Below are positions 27,080 to 39,925 of a DNA stretch of 64,000 nt, piece after piece. Source of the stretch: Monocercomonoides exilis PA203 (taxonomy: Eukaryota > Protista > Preaxostyla); contig LSRY02000025.1 of NCBI GenBank assembly GCA_001643675.2, positions 930,001-994,000 on the forward strand, read 5' to 3'. The position numbers were made by a program, and so were the translations under genes. The notes beneath the pieces were generated by a model. It saw nothing but the letters and a program-made list of their open reading frames with translations, ran no database searches and was not told the origin of the DNA. The stretch's first letter is position 1. Every line of letters begins with the position of its first letter.

Positions 27080-28234
27080 TTGAGAAATTCCTTTCGATTT
27101 ATTTTCAAAAGTCCCAAATATTAAATATTTTGATCAGATTTCTGTTCCCTCTCACGATACATCACTAGAACATAATGTCAGATTTTTATTTGTACACAGT
27201 TTTTTATTGGATCCTAATTTTTTTCTCATATTTATTCAAAAAGAAGGTTGCATTCGTTGAGATATTTTTAAAATAAATAATATATTACATTAAGGTTGTA
27301 CTCTCAATGTTTTTGGAAATTAATTCTTCAAAAGAAAGAACTGAATTTTTTGAATTTTATTTTTTGATCAATGATTTGCTCGTATTTTCACCAACTTTTG
27401 AAATAGGGTGTTTTCCTTGTAGGCATTGTTTTAAAACTTTTCTTTTATTCATTTTTTGTAATTTTTAACTTAAGAATCTTTTTTCACTAGTTTTCACATC
27501 TCACCTATTTTTTATCAAAAACAAAAATTTGTAGATATTTGTCGTTCTTTCTCCAAATTTTCAATGCACGCTCAATATGCAATTTAGAATTGCAAAATTC
27601 TGATGATGAAATTAATAATAACAAAATGAATTTTTCTCAGAAACAAAAAATTAAAAAATTGTATTTTTCACGTTTTTCTTTTCACACAAATATGATTAAC
27701 AAAAATTTTTTATAAATAAGATACTGTTCATTATTATTCATCATTAACACACAGCTTTCCTTCTGATTAATCGTATTTCTTGTTAATACTTAAATTTTGA
27801 TAAAAAAAGGTGAGATGTGAAAACTAGTGAAAAAAGATTCTTAAGTTAAAAATTACAAAAAATGAATAAAAGAAAAGTTTTAAAACAATGCCTACAAGGA
27901 AAACACCCTATTTCAAAAGTTGGTGAAAATACGAGCAAATCATTGATCAAAAAATAAAATTCAAAAAATTCAGTTCTTTCTTTTGAAGAATTAATTTCCA
28001 AAAACATTGAGAGTACAACCTTAATGTAATATATTATTTATTTTAAAAATATCTCAACGAATGCAACCTTCTTTTTGAATAAATATGAGAAAAAAATTAG
28101 GATCCAATAAAAAACTGTGTACAAATAAAAATCTGACATTATGTTCTAGTGATGTATCGTGAGAGGGAACAGAAATCTGATCAAAATATTTAATATTTGG
28201 GACTTTTGAAAATAAATCGAAAGGAATTTCTCAA
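27080..28234. repeat. Long near-perfect inverted repeat: arms 27080-27520 and 27795-28234, spacer ~275 bp
   Basis: TTGAGAAATTCCTTTCG...CACATCTCACC is the reverse complement of GGTGAGATGTG...CGAAAGGAATTTCTCAA. One single-base indel seen near the inner end. Confidence 0.95.
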
Positions 28235-28449
28235 TGCACATATTGAAATGAAAATATTTGAATTTCGGAATATTTTGAAAGATCAATTCAGATGTTCACT
28301 GTTCTCGTTAATTGTTGATTTTTTTTGAAATACATAAATATTGAAAATCAAAGATTTGATAAATATTTTATTTTTAATGTCATGTTTTTTTTTTTTTTTT
28401 TTTTTGAAATGCGCGATTAAATTCGAATGATAAAAACTCTTCAACATAT

Positions 28450-29730
28450 CTATTGTTCACCAAGTATTGTTTTTTGCTGAAGTCCAAAATAAACTGGCAT
28501 TCTGTCGATGTTCATTATTCCCCATTCACATCCCTTTGTTTGTCTTGTGTTTTTTGTACATGAAAGCGTTAATGATTTGATGTCCAATTTGACAATTTCG
28601 ATCACTTTTTCGAAACTTTCTTTGATAATTCGAACTGTTGATGGAATTTTGTGAAAATCATTCACAAGTCCACTTTCTTCAAAAGCAGAAAAAATGTTGA
28701 TCGATGAAGAAACTTGCAGAATGGCATTCACTGCAACCCACAAAAGTTGTTCCATACTATCGTGTGTTGAACCAGATCCAACCTGTTGAATTTGAAGTTT
28801 CCAAAGTGAAAAAATTAATAAATCCAATGACCGCAACAAGTGTGTTGCATTCGGAGGAAAAACCAAAAACAAAATATTTTCAATAGCAAGACGAGTCAAT
28901 ACATTATCCGATAGGTGGATTCTGCAGCCATCAAGAATCAACACTGCCTGTGATTGTTTATCTGGCAAAATCATTCTTTAAATGTTGACATGAGGAATGA
29001 AAACTTTCTCAATCCAGTTTTCAAACCACTCCTTTGTGAAATAAGACGAATTTCCGATTTCCACGCTACAATGAATTCCTATTTGATAGCCTAGAGACCG
29101 AAGGGATCTCGTGTTGAACGGTTTTTGTACCAGAAAACAAGGAGGGACAAAAGTACAATCAAGTGAAATACAATGAAGCAATGATAACCTTTTTTCTCCT
29201 CTGTCAACAGGCGTGTGATCAATTACACAATTTTCATTTGTTCAGACTATAAGGTTCACCTTTCTTGTGTCTTTTTGTGCATGATAACCTAATTCATTAG
29301 CACAGAAGATCATTGAAGAATATTTTTCGCTCACATATTGAGTCAAATATTTATCCAGGTAATAATGCTTTGTTCCAATATATTCATTCATTTTACGTCT
29401 CTCAATCTTGAAGAGATGACCATCAATTCCTCGCAATGCCTTTTTATGAAAGAAGAATGAAATTAATAAAAAGGCATTTAATGACAAACTTTCGCAACAA
29501 CGGCTCTAACGTTTTCAGTGTGATTTCCTTTCTTTCATCTCTCAAATTTTTCGGTCTTTCCATGACTTGTTTTTCTTGTTTCCTGGTTATGAACATGTTC
29601 TTTTTCTCAGTAACCTTTTTCCTTTTGTATTCTGTTCGAATTAGGCAGACAAGACTCGGTGAGCAGATGAGTGCATTTGTTATTCGCACGTTTGAAGGAA
29701 TTTTCATTTTTCTCATTTCGCATGCTTTGA
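28450..29730 (-). pseudogene. Degenerate pogo/Tc1-mariner-superfamily (DDE_1-type) transposase
   Basis: Three track ORFs share one frame, split by TGA (29242-44) and TAA (28978-80). Motifs IFCANELG (from NxDETG), YFTKEWFENWIEKVFIP, VLILDGCRIH, FPPNATHLLRSLD (from LPP.TH.LQPLD). An HTH-like N-terminal part sits in another frame. Confidence 0.85.
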
Positions 29731-30376
29731 AGAAGGAACGAATTAATGAAACTTTTGTTTCAGAAGTGTTTCGAAACAAGAAGTGTGAAATGAAGTGCAA
29801 GTTCCATTTTGGTACAAATCCTGAAAAAACTGTTCTAAATAAAGATGGACTAAAAGTTGAAAAAACGAAAGACATTTCTAATAAAATAATAGACAAATTT
29901 ATTTCACTTGAACAACCGCAATTATAATAGATTTTCTATTACTAACATTTAACAATTAACATAAATGGTGAGTGACTGTTGAAAGAATTCATAAAAAAAA
30001 GTGATGTGTTTATTATCCTGAAAACAAAACATTTGCGACTTTTCAAATAAGAATAACACATATTCGAATCTCCAACAACAATTTTGTTTTGGAAAATGCT
30101 TGATCTGGTGGAGTTATTAAACAAATAATGAACATCAGTATTTTTTGTAATTCCGAAAATTTCCCTATTGTTGCATCAATGAAAAACATTTGAATAAAAA
30201 CGTCAAATCAAGTTGCAGATATAAAAAACTTGAGAATATTAAAAATTTTCGTAGTCGAAAATGTTTCATACAAAAATTCAGCTCAGAGCATTTTCGAAAA
30301 GATATTATCATATTGAATAATCTGATTTTTACAATTTTCCTTCCTGAACATCAATAATATTCATTTTTTTGAATAT

Positions 30377-30597
30377 ATGGGACGAAAATTTTTGCTTTCA
30401 AAATTTTGTTCCATTCAACTCTGACAAATATTTTTCTAAATTTTGAAAAATTTTCTGTATTTTTTAAGTATGCAAATGAAAGATTTCTCATGATAAAGTT
30501 GTGAAAAAATTTTGGAACAATTTTTTTTTTCTTTTTTTCTTTTATTTTTCTTTTTTTCTTTTCTTTTCTTTTTTTCTTTTTTCTTTTACTTTTTTTC

Positions 30598-30631
<34 letters not shown>

Positions 30632-30656
30632 CAAAAATGAAAGAATTTTGCCCCAT
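30377..30656. mobile_element. ~280-bp segment bounded by short inverted repeats with an internal T/C-rich tract (MITE-like, or right end of the DDE element)
   Basis: Left ATATGGGACGAAAATT; right end reverse complement ATATGGGGCAAAATT. Same motif as at 26793 and 27066. Confidence 0.45.
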
Positions 30657-30973
30657 ATTTTCTCATTGAACGATTGTTAACCAATGTTTTTGACAAACAC
30701 AGTTTGAGATTTTTCACTGATAAAAATAGTTAAAATATTAAATGATATTTTTCTAAAAATTCATCACAATAATTATGTATCAAATTTCTATTCAATTTTC
30801 AGATTAATAGAAAAAACTTGCATCTTCAAAAAATTTTTTTCCGTGCATATTTCATCTAATTCTTTTTTCCTTATAACATTATTCATTCGTTCTTTAAAAA
30901 AAATTGAAATAAAAAAGAAAGTCAATAATTATCGAACGAAATTAATTAATGAAGGTTCAAGATCAATACGAAA

Positions 30974-32069
30974 ATGTCATCTTCTCGACAATCAGCTTCA
31001 AGTTCAGTATCAGAGCTTTTAGGAATGTCAGTTAGCGACTACCTTGCACAATATAAGGGCCATATGCAAACAGAACGAATTGAATTGATATCTTCTAATT
31101 TAAAGGGTATTCCTGATACATTTCTCAAAAATGCATACAACGAACTTAAAGATGGATATAATCCGGATAAGCTTGAAAGCTTTTGTAAAAAAGCTCGCAT
31201 ACTTGGTTGCTCACTTGCTGTTAATAATACAATGACAGATGGAATGAAAGAGAAAGCTAAGGCTGAATTGGATCGTCTTACAGAGGATTTATCAACTTAT
31301 AAAGGCAAACTCGAAAGAGAAGGCACTTATTTAACACATGTGAAGCTTGGGGAACATGCTTTATCGATGGGAGATTGGAAGGCTGCTCAGGCTAACTTTG
31401 CAGCTTCAGGCAACTATACTTCTGGTTTGAAGGAACAATTAGAAGTTTGCGTAAATTTGATAAGAAGCGGAGTGTACGGACATAATCCATCATTAATTTA
31501 CAATGCTGTATCGAAAATTGGTTCAGCTCCTCTTGATATGTCAGAACAAGACCATCGAGTGATAAGTTCCATAGCGCAGTGCGGAGCTGGAATTGTGTAT
31601 TTGTGGAACGAAGATTACTTTCAGGCTGCAAGGTGTTTATTAGAATGCACAATCGATATTGAAGGACATTTTAACGAGGTTTGTAATTTTTTATAGGAAA
31701 TTTTATTTTAATATTTCTGATAAATAAAAATATCTTAAAAAATTCGAAATACAAAAATTCAATGCTTTGCACATAGTTTCTTACATGCACCGACATTGCA
31801 ATTATTGCTGCTCTATGCATTCTTGCATCGTTCTCTCGGCAACACATGAAAAATAATGTTATACACAACACAACATTTCACAAAATGACTGAAAATGTTC
31901 CAGAAATGAAAGAAGCTATCGACGCATACTACCAACGCGATTTTAAAAGATGCCTTTCAAATGTTAGTGAATTTAAGGTATGCATTCATATGAAACCATT
32001 TTGAATACTCAACCTGTACATATATAAGTTAAATAATTGCCTTGAAGCAACATCGGCATCTTCGTTAAT

Positions 32070-32112
<43 letters not shown>

Positions 32113-32956
32113 CTTTAAATGTGCATATATGTGCATATTGTTTTCTAATTATTTATGTTAACTGTGATCTTGATTTTTTAATTTTCTTCTCTTATTTGTT
32201 TGCTCGAATTGCATCTGCTTTTCTGATTTTTCTCATCAGCAAACAATTCGTGTGATTCCACTTCTTGAGCCGTTCGCTACAAAACTGTTAAACAGAATAT
32301 TTGTATCTTGTGCAAAATGCTACATCCAACCATTCAAAGTTGTTGACTTGAGGCAGATGGCTGATGAATTCAACACCACACTCGAAGACATTGAAAAAAA
32401 AGTGACTCAGCTGGTGATGAATGGAGAAGTGCAAGCAATGGTAGACACCCACAATCATGTGTGATCAAACAACTTTTTTATAATAATAATATTTTTCTAC
32501 TTTATATTTTTGTTTTATTTTTTCGGTATTTTAAACATTCACTAAATATTTATTTTTCTATTTTTTTCAAATAATCTTGATCGAATCTGAATTGAATGGT
32601 CATACTTCAATGCTCAATTTTAGCGTCTTATTTCACGAACATCCAACTTCCGTAGTGAGACTTTGAGCTCGTCTGCCGAATCCATCAAGGAGCTTGTGTC
32701 GCAGATGGAGATGGAGCTTTTGTATATGAATGTCCGATTGAAGCGAGGAGAAGCCGAGTTTAAGTTGTTCCAAGAGCACGGGGCATTCGGAAGAAGAGGC
32801 GGAAGGAGAGACGACAGAGGATTCGGAAGGATGGGTGGTGGACGGATGGGAGGATTTGGTGGATTTGGCTTTGGCGGCATGGGGAGTATGAGGGGAATGG
32901 GAAGCATGGGCGGAATGGGAGGGTTGATGGGGATGATGTTTGGTGGAGGATTCTAA
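30974..32956 (+). CDS. CSN1: COP9 signalosome subunit 1 (PCI domain), four exons
   Basis: YLAQYKGHMQTERI, LGEHALSMGDW..A, YFQAARCLL, DIAIIAALCILASFSR, YIQPFKVVDLRQMADEFNTT, AMVDTHNH. The N-terminal Y.G...RI motif favours CSN1 over RPN7. Confidence 0.88.
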
Positions 32957-33988
32957 AATTTATTTTTATTCTATTCTATTTTTTTTTATTTCAAATTTCA
33001 AATTTCTCAAGAATTATATTGTTTATTTTAAATGGAAGTGAAAATGAAAATTTTTAACGCTTCCCACAAAATGTACTTTTCTTCAATTTCACAAAATTTT
33101 CGTTTAAAACGAAAAATTTGGCTTCATCAAAGAAATATATGATTTCATTTCAACAATGTCTGTTTATCAAACGATTGTCATTCCAAATGAATGTCTTATA
33201 ACACGGCAAGCAGATGGATGCTTGATTTTGAAAGATCGACAAATAAAGAAGACAGCAGCTAATTGTTGGATTTGATTTTTAAAAGAGCAGAATGAATGAA
33301 AAAACAACTAAAAAAATAAAATGTACTTTGTTTAAAGACTTAACCTTTGAAAGACAAAGAAAGATATTTGAGGAAATAAAAAAGCAATTTCAACTAAAAA
33401 ATTATTCACAAAATTGATGAGATGAATCGAACTCTCGAATTTTTAAAGAAAAGAATAAGGCAACGGAAAACATTCAAAATTAATTATTTAACAATTCTAT
33501 CAACATACGAAAATGAAAACTTTTAAAGGATAATCCAGAAAACTCATTCGAGCACTTAAATATACAATAGAAAATTAAAACAATAAAAAAATAAAACTCG
33601 ACTTTGCAGAATCGTTAATGTATCCATAATTAACAGGACGATACCAGAACTCGGCATAACAAAAATATCAAAACACTAAACACTTCCACAACAATAGTGT
33701 ATCACAAATAAGACAAGATAATCCATCAAAAAGAAGGAAGAATAGTTTTTGCAATTTTATATGCAAATGCACAACATTCTTCTCTCTTTTTTTTGACTCT
33801 TCTTGCAAATTTGAGCAATATTGTACATAAACAAGATGCAAAGTCGCCCGATAAAAATTAAAAGGAAGCAATTTTAACAAAAATTAAAATATAAAGTTTG
33901 GGCAAAAATTGAAAAACGCTTAAGACAATAAAAAGACAAATAAAATAAAGATAACAAACAAAAAGCAAACAAACGAAAAAAATGCTAA

Positions 33989-36164
33989 CTAACTAAGAGG
34001 ATTAAAACCAATATTGTATTTACGAAAGTGGAAGCACCATAGGAAAAAGAGGCAGACGATCAGTACTAAAGCAATCGCGCTCAGCGCAGCCACACTCCCA
34101 ATTGACTGAACAGGCATTTCACCAGCGCACATTATGAGAAATGGGGATGTGCTTGCATTGATACTCCGCCACTCAGCTTCCACGTAAATGCGGTAGAACA
34201 CAGATTTATCCGCATCCGTTTTGTCTGCCAAGGTATTTGGCGATGAAGCATAACGAGGCAGATGAAGCGAGTTATGTAATGGTTGTGTGAATGAATTTGA
34301 TGGTGGAAATGAAGTGGAGCTGTTGCGAATGAATGATGAAAAAGAAAAAGCATCAAAGTGTGTGAAAGAAAATAACCTCTGCGAAATATTCAAATTGGAT
34401 ATAAACTGGAACATAGAATTTACGGAACTTGTAATGCTTTGTTTAAATGATGATTCCACTTTCTCTATTCTCATTCCAATAGGAACAGTCCATTTATAAT
34501 ATGTTGCATTTTCGTCGACTTTTGTTATTCCAATTGTTAGCATCGATGACTCGTTATAGAGCAAAATAGTCTTTCTAGATTTCTTTCCTGCATACTCCCA
34601 AGTTATGTTCACTTCCTCTCCTTCCACAAGATTAAGGCCTCCGGAACCTTTGTCTCTCTTTCTCTCTGGGCTTCTGAGAGAAACGTATTTCACATCCAAA
34701 GACGGAGCTTTGATCGTTTTTTCAGATGAGCACACTTTCGTTCCAGTAACAATCTCCTCCACACAAAATATGTATCGCTCAGATGACTCATTTACAATTG
34801 CCTCCCACTCGAAATTTTCATGAGGATTCTGATTGTCCGAAAGAATTTGAACACGTTCACTTTCGTTTTTGGAGTTCACAACATATAGAGCAATTTGCAT
34901 CGGCCCAGCTCTGTTGTTGCACTTCCATTTGATCGTTATCAGCTCCCCTGTCTCAATGATTGTTTGAGCCGTTGGCGATTCCAACTCAAGCTCAATGTTA
35001 TCAGAACGGAAACTGAACACTTCTGAAATTGTGAACAGTACTCCAGTCGCTGAAGATGAGATACATATCACATAATCGTCAGCAGATGACACATCCTCCA
35101 TATCGTCCCACGTCACCTCACTGTCCATAGTAGAAAATGCAATGGTCTTCACTGGATGATTCAAATTCGAAAGATGGTGAAGTGTGACAGAAACATCTCT
35201 TTCGAATCCTCCTCGTTCGAATTTGATCTTTTGAGAGACTGTTCCATAAAGTGTCTCTCCTTTTCCAGGCGATAGCACTTTCATTTTTGGTGTAATGATC
35301 GCGTAGTTCTCTGAGTCATAAAACATATATGCATGTGGTGCTCCGTGCGAATGGACAAAAAAGCGAAATTTCATTGTTGCTCCCTCACCGACAGCAGGAA
35401 TGACAGCATGCAACCAAGGGTTATCGACTGGAACGTTATATTGAACTGAATAAAAATCTTCGATTGTCTTATTTGCTTCCTTTACTACAGCAAACACATC
35501 GATATATCCAAAAGCAGCAGGATCAAAGCTCCATTTTATGAAATATTGTTCAGAGGCTGCCAGATAGTTTGATGATGAGTCAACAAATGCCTCAAAGTTG
35601 AGACGGATGTTTGCGCATTCCTCCACCGCTGAGTCGTTGCCATATGCCCAGCTGCCACATGAGCCAAGTGTCGGTCCGAGGATATTTCCAGGGAGACACC
35701 CAGCAAAGTGCTCGGGGGATGAGAATGTATTCTGACACCATCCACAGCCCTTATGGCGCAGACATGAAACACAGTCTATGCTTTCCTCACATTCAGATGG
35801 ACACTGCCCTTCTGTGTGCATCAGTTGGGTGCATGGCTCGTAAATGGCCTTTCCAGTCTCTAATGACATTGAGACGCATGTGTGTTTTGTGGAGCACCAG
35901 CTGCACATTTTCCGAAGAACACAGCTCTTGCAGTCAATGCTCTCGTAGCATGGGTCGATGTCGTATCTAAACATCTGCCCATTTAGCACATTCATTGTTG
36001 AGTCGGACATGTCATAGCCTCCGAACACAACAAATGAGCCATTCGGCAAGCAACAGCTGGCAAAGTCCATCAGCGGTGGTGGGTTTATTCCTAAAGGCGA
36101 TGACAAGCGAAAGAACGTGTTATCAGCTTTTATGGTGAAAGGGTAATGAGAACAAAAAATTCAT

Positions 36165-36201
<37 letters not shown>

Positions 36202-37337
36202 ATTGCATTTGAATACAATTCAGAGAATTGAAATAAAACATAATGAATCATGAAATGATCTAATTATGCATTCAAACCTAAATTATACTTTTCAATCAGA
36301 GATGAAGCTGAATTTCCTCCAAACAAATAAAGTGAAGAACCAAAAATAGCAGCAAAATGCTTGCGTCGTGAATAAAGCCCTTCAGGGCGGGAAAACATTC
36401 GTTCGAAAACCGCACTATAAGTTTGCCCTTCCTTTGCTAAACAATGTTTAACATATTTATCATGTTATTATGTTTGTAAAAAAAAAATTAAAAACTGCTA
36501 CAAAAATGGTGAAACAAAGCATACATAATATTAATTTATATAAAGATGTGGGATTGCTGTTTTCGTTGAAAATTCCTCCTGAAAGAATGAAAATATGTTT
36601 ATTTTTGTACGAAAACCTAACATAAATATTGATATCTTATTTTTGAAGAAACAAAGCAAATACAAACCAAAATGTAAGTTCTGTCATGGTGTGTGGAGGC
36701 AATACTTCATTTGAACTAATATGCACTTTTTTGAATGTGTAATTACTATCTTTAACATTTTTCAAAATTTGAGAAAATTTTAAATCGAAAGTTCAAAAGC
36801 TCAAATATCTTGCAAACTTTTGGTCGCAACAAACATTTCGAACGACTCTATTTCTTTTGCGTTTTGTTCTGTTGATTTTGTCTTCCCTCCCCAAATTATA
36901 GCAACTTCACCATCAGTCGTTGTTGCGCAAGCGTGCTTTGTAAGAGGAATTGGCAATTTTGGTTTTTCGACAAACGTTTGACTGTCATAATCAAAAAACC
37001 AGACATCATCCAAAAAATTCCCGTTGAACGTTCCACCTGCAAGAAGTGCTCCTTCAACACAATTCACAAATGTATGACCAATACGAGGATTCATCAAATC
37101 TTCAATATTCTTTGTAGTTACGTTCAAATCGTCTTGTTTCATGATAAATAAAAATTTATTATAGTTTCCATCTGATTCCCCTCCAATAACATGAATATTA
37201 TTATGACCAAAAATAGCCGTTTGTCCATGATAAGCGGGGATGACATTATCATATGATGTCCATCCAATTGTTTTAGACTTTAGCAATGCAACGGTACATA
37301 ATAATATGCAGCAATTAGATAGTAAAACCCAAATCAT
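33989..37337 (-). CDS. Kelch-repeat plus PSI-domain type I membrane protein (attractin/MEGF8-like architecture), with introns in 36.1-36.8 kb
   Basis: Signal peptide; Kelch GG motifs (HVIGG, PRIGH..LLAGG..DDVWFFD, IIWGG, YLFGG, VVFGG); two PSI motifs C..C.....C.WC; C-terminal TM IALVLIVCLFFLWCF. Confidence 0.85.
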
Positions 37338-37427
37338 TAGATAAAGAAAGAAAAGAATAATGGTTTAAAATCATATCCCACAATCAGAAAAATTCGAAAT
37401 ATCCTAATTTGCCAGCAGATCGAATCA

Positions 37428-37980
37428 ATGGCAAGAAAGGTTTTTAATTTTTTTCATTATACAGCTTGCATATGCTTTTAAACGCTGATGAACTTTGTTT
37501 GTTTAGTTGAAAATTGTCAAGAAGAAGAGAAACCATTTCCCCCGCTTTGAATCTGACAAGCTGAAAACAGTTAAGGTATTTTACTTAAATTACTCCTTCT
37601 TAACATTCAATATAATATCAATTCATCATATATCATTTTTTTAATTGTGAAATTATTTTTCTTTTTAGCCAAGCTGGAGAAAACCACGTGGTATCGATAA
37701 CTCTTGCCGAAGAAAGTATCGTGGTTCACTTCTCATGCCAAAGATCGGCTACGGAAGTGCCAGAAAGACAAGATATAGACTTCCAGATGGACATTACAAG
37801 TTCGTTGTTAACAATGCACACGAGCTCGAGATGATTATGATGCACTCAAAGAAATATGCAGCAGAAATCGCTCATGGATGCTCTGTTCGCACACGTAAAC
37901 TCATTCGTCAACGCGCAGCAGAGTTAGGAATTCATCTCACCAATGGAACTGCTCGTCTCCGCAAACAAGAAGCTCATTAA
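37428..37980 (+). CDS. RPL32: 60S ribosomal protein eL32. Exons 37428-37439, 37507-37575, 37669-37980
   Basis: KIVKKKRNHFPRFESD, SWRKPRGIDN, MPKIGYGS, YAAEIAHG. Confidence 0.97.
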
Positions 37981-38236
37981 AATTTTTCTCCCATTTCGCT
38001 GCTGTTTCGTTAAAATTCAAGAAACACAAGTGTGCCTGGGGAAAATAATTTTTGTGAAATAAAGTGATTTATAAAAACGAATTTCTTTTATGTTTAATAA
38101 CGATCTAAAGAAAAAAATCCAAAATTCTGTAAACATGATATAATACTCAATTGAAAAAAAAATGAAAGTAAAATGGAAGATAAAAATACTAACGAAACCA
38201 CATCAAAAAGATGTTAACAACAACAAATACAAAAAT

Positions 38237-39890
38237 CTAATTTTCACGTGACTGATGATTGTGCTGAGGAGGAGTCGAAAAGAGAAGAGATGTAAAAGGA
38301 TATTTTGACGTTGAAACAAGTTTTGGCAACTGCCCATCTGAAGAATGTTCCTTTTCACACTCTCTCTGAAACGCAGACTGGTTGGAAATCAGAGTGAAAT
38401 CGTCATTCGAAGAATTCATCGTAGAACTGGAGAAGATTGCAGAAGGAGGCGACTTGGGGAAAGAGGAAGGGCTCATTGGTGTTGAGAGCGACTGTGAGCG
38501 GGGGCGCTGGGCGAGAAGGGCTGAGGTAGTGCCTGACATGAATGGGTTGCTCAGTGACGATGACAGAATCTGCGGGGCAGCCACAGCAACACCACCGCCA
38601 GCACCAGAAGTGGAAGGAGAGCACCGCAGGGCAGCCTTTGTGGAGGAGTAGTGGGGCATGCTGCGCGAGGTGAGGGAAGGTGGAGAGCCAGAAGGGGTGG
38701 CAGAGCTGGGGGAGCTGGCAGAATTAGCAGAATGTGAAGAGTCTGCAGAAGGGAGGGAGGAGCGGACAGAGGTTGGGGTGAGGGGAGAAAGGGGCTGGGC
38801 AGAGGCAGAAGCAGCAGAAGATGTTGGAATGCGGGCGAGCTTCTGTGAAGTGCTTGTGGCAGCGCGGGGAGGGAAAGCGAGGGGAGGGATGGGGGAAGGT
38901 GTGTCGAGGAAAGGGGAGACAGTGCGGATGGGAGAGACAGGCGAAATGGATGTGATGGTGGAGCGATGTGAGGGGTTTGTGGTGGATGCAGTTGGAGTGG
39001 AAGAAGAAGAAGAAGATGATGATGAGGAAGAGGAAGAAGAAGAAGAGGAAGAATTCGAAGGCTGCTGAATAGAAAGAGGGTGGAGGTGTATTGACTGAGA
39101 AGACGGGGACACAGCAGTTGTGCGACAAGTGATAGAGATTGGGGCGAAGGGAGATTTGGCAGAGGCAACTGGGACAGGCTTGATGGGATGGATGGAAGAG
39201 AGGATGGACTCAGACTGGAGAAGAGAAAGAGGAGAGGCAGTTATTTGATGGGGAGTGTTGAACTGGGTGGAGAGAGTGGAAGAAGAAGAAGAGGAAGTGG
39301 AAGAAGAGGAAGAGGAGGAGGAAGAAGAGGCGGATGATGATAAAGAAGACAAAGAAGAAGAAGGGGATTTGAGTGAGGAAGGCGAAGTTGTGTCTCTTGA
39401 CAAGGAAGAGGAATAAGCAGACGTCGAAGTCGACAAAGAACTCGATGGATGCCGCTCTGGTTTCACAGGCGATGGGACAGGAGTCATAATTGATGACCAG
39501 GAGGGAGAGAGAGGATGAGAAGAAGAAGAAGAAGAAGAAGATGATGATGATGAAGGAGAAGAAGAAGAGGAGGAGGAAGAGGAAGATCCTATTGCTGTGG
39601 TAGAAGAGATGGTAGGGGTGTAAGCAGAAGTTGAAGGAGAGGCAAAGATGGAGAGAGAAGGAGAAGGAGAAGAAGATGAGGAGGAGGAGGAAGAAGTTGA
39701 CAATCCAGAAGAAGAAGAAGAAGAAGAAGAGTTGCTGTGTGTGTTTGATGAAGGAAAAGGCACTTCTGAATGAGAACGAGTGTGGAAACGTGACATTGGG
39801 CTCTGAGAAGCAGCACGGCGGGAGACGAAAGAGCGAGTGGAAGATAGAGGCATGTTGGTAGCAGACTGTCTGGATAAAGAGGAGGAGGAG

Positions 39891-39925
<35 letters not shown>

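Noticed and set aside
28978-29244. Stop-codon reassignment (TAR=Gln, as in some oxymonads) to explain the in-frame transposase stops
   Set aside because: RPL32, CSN1, AK8 and PLB end in TAA, and FARSB and CK1 end in TAG. Long ORFs have no internal stops, and the transposase also has catalytic-motif substitutions.
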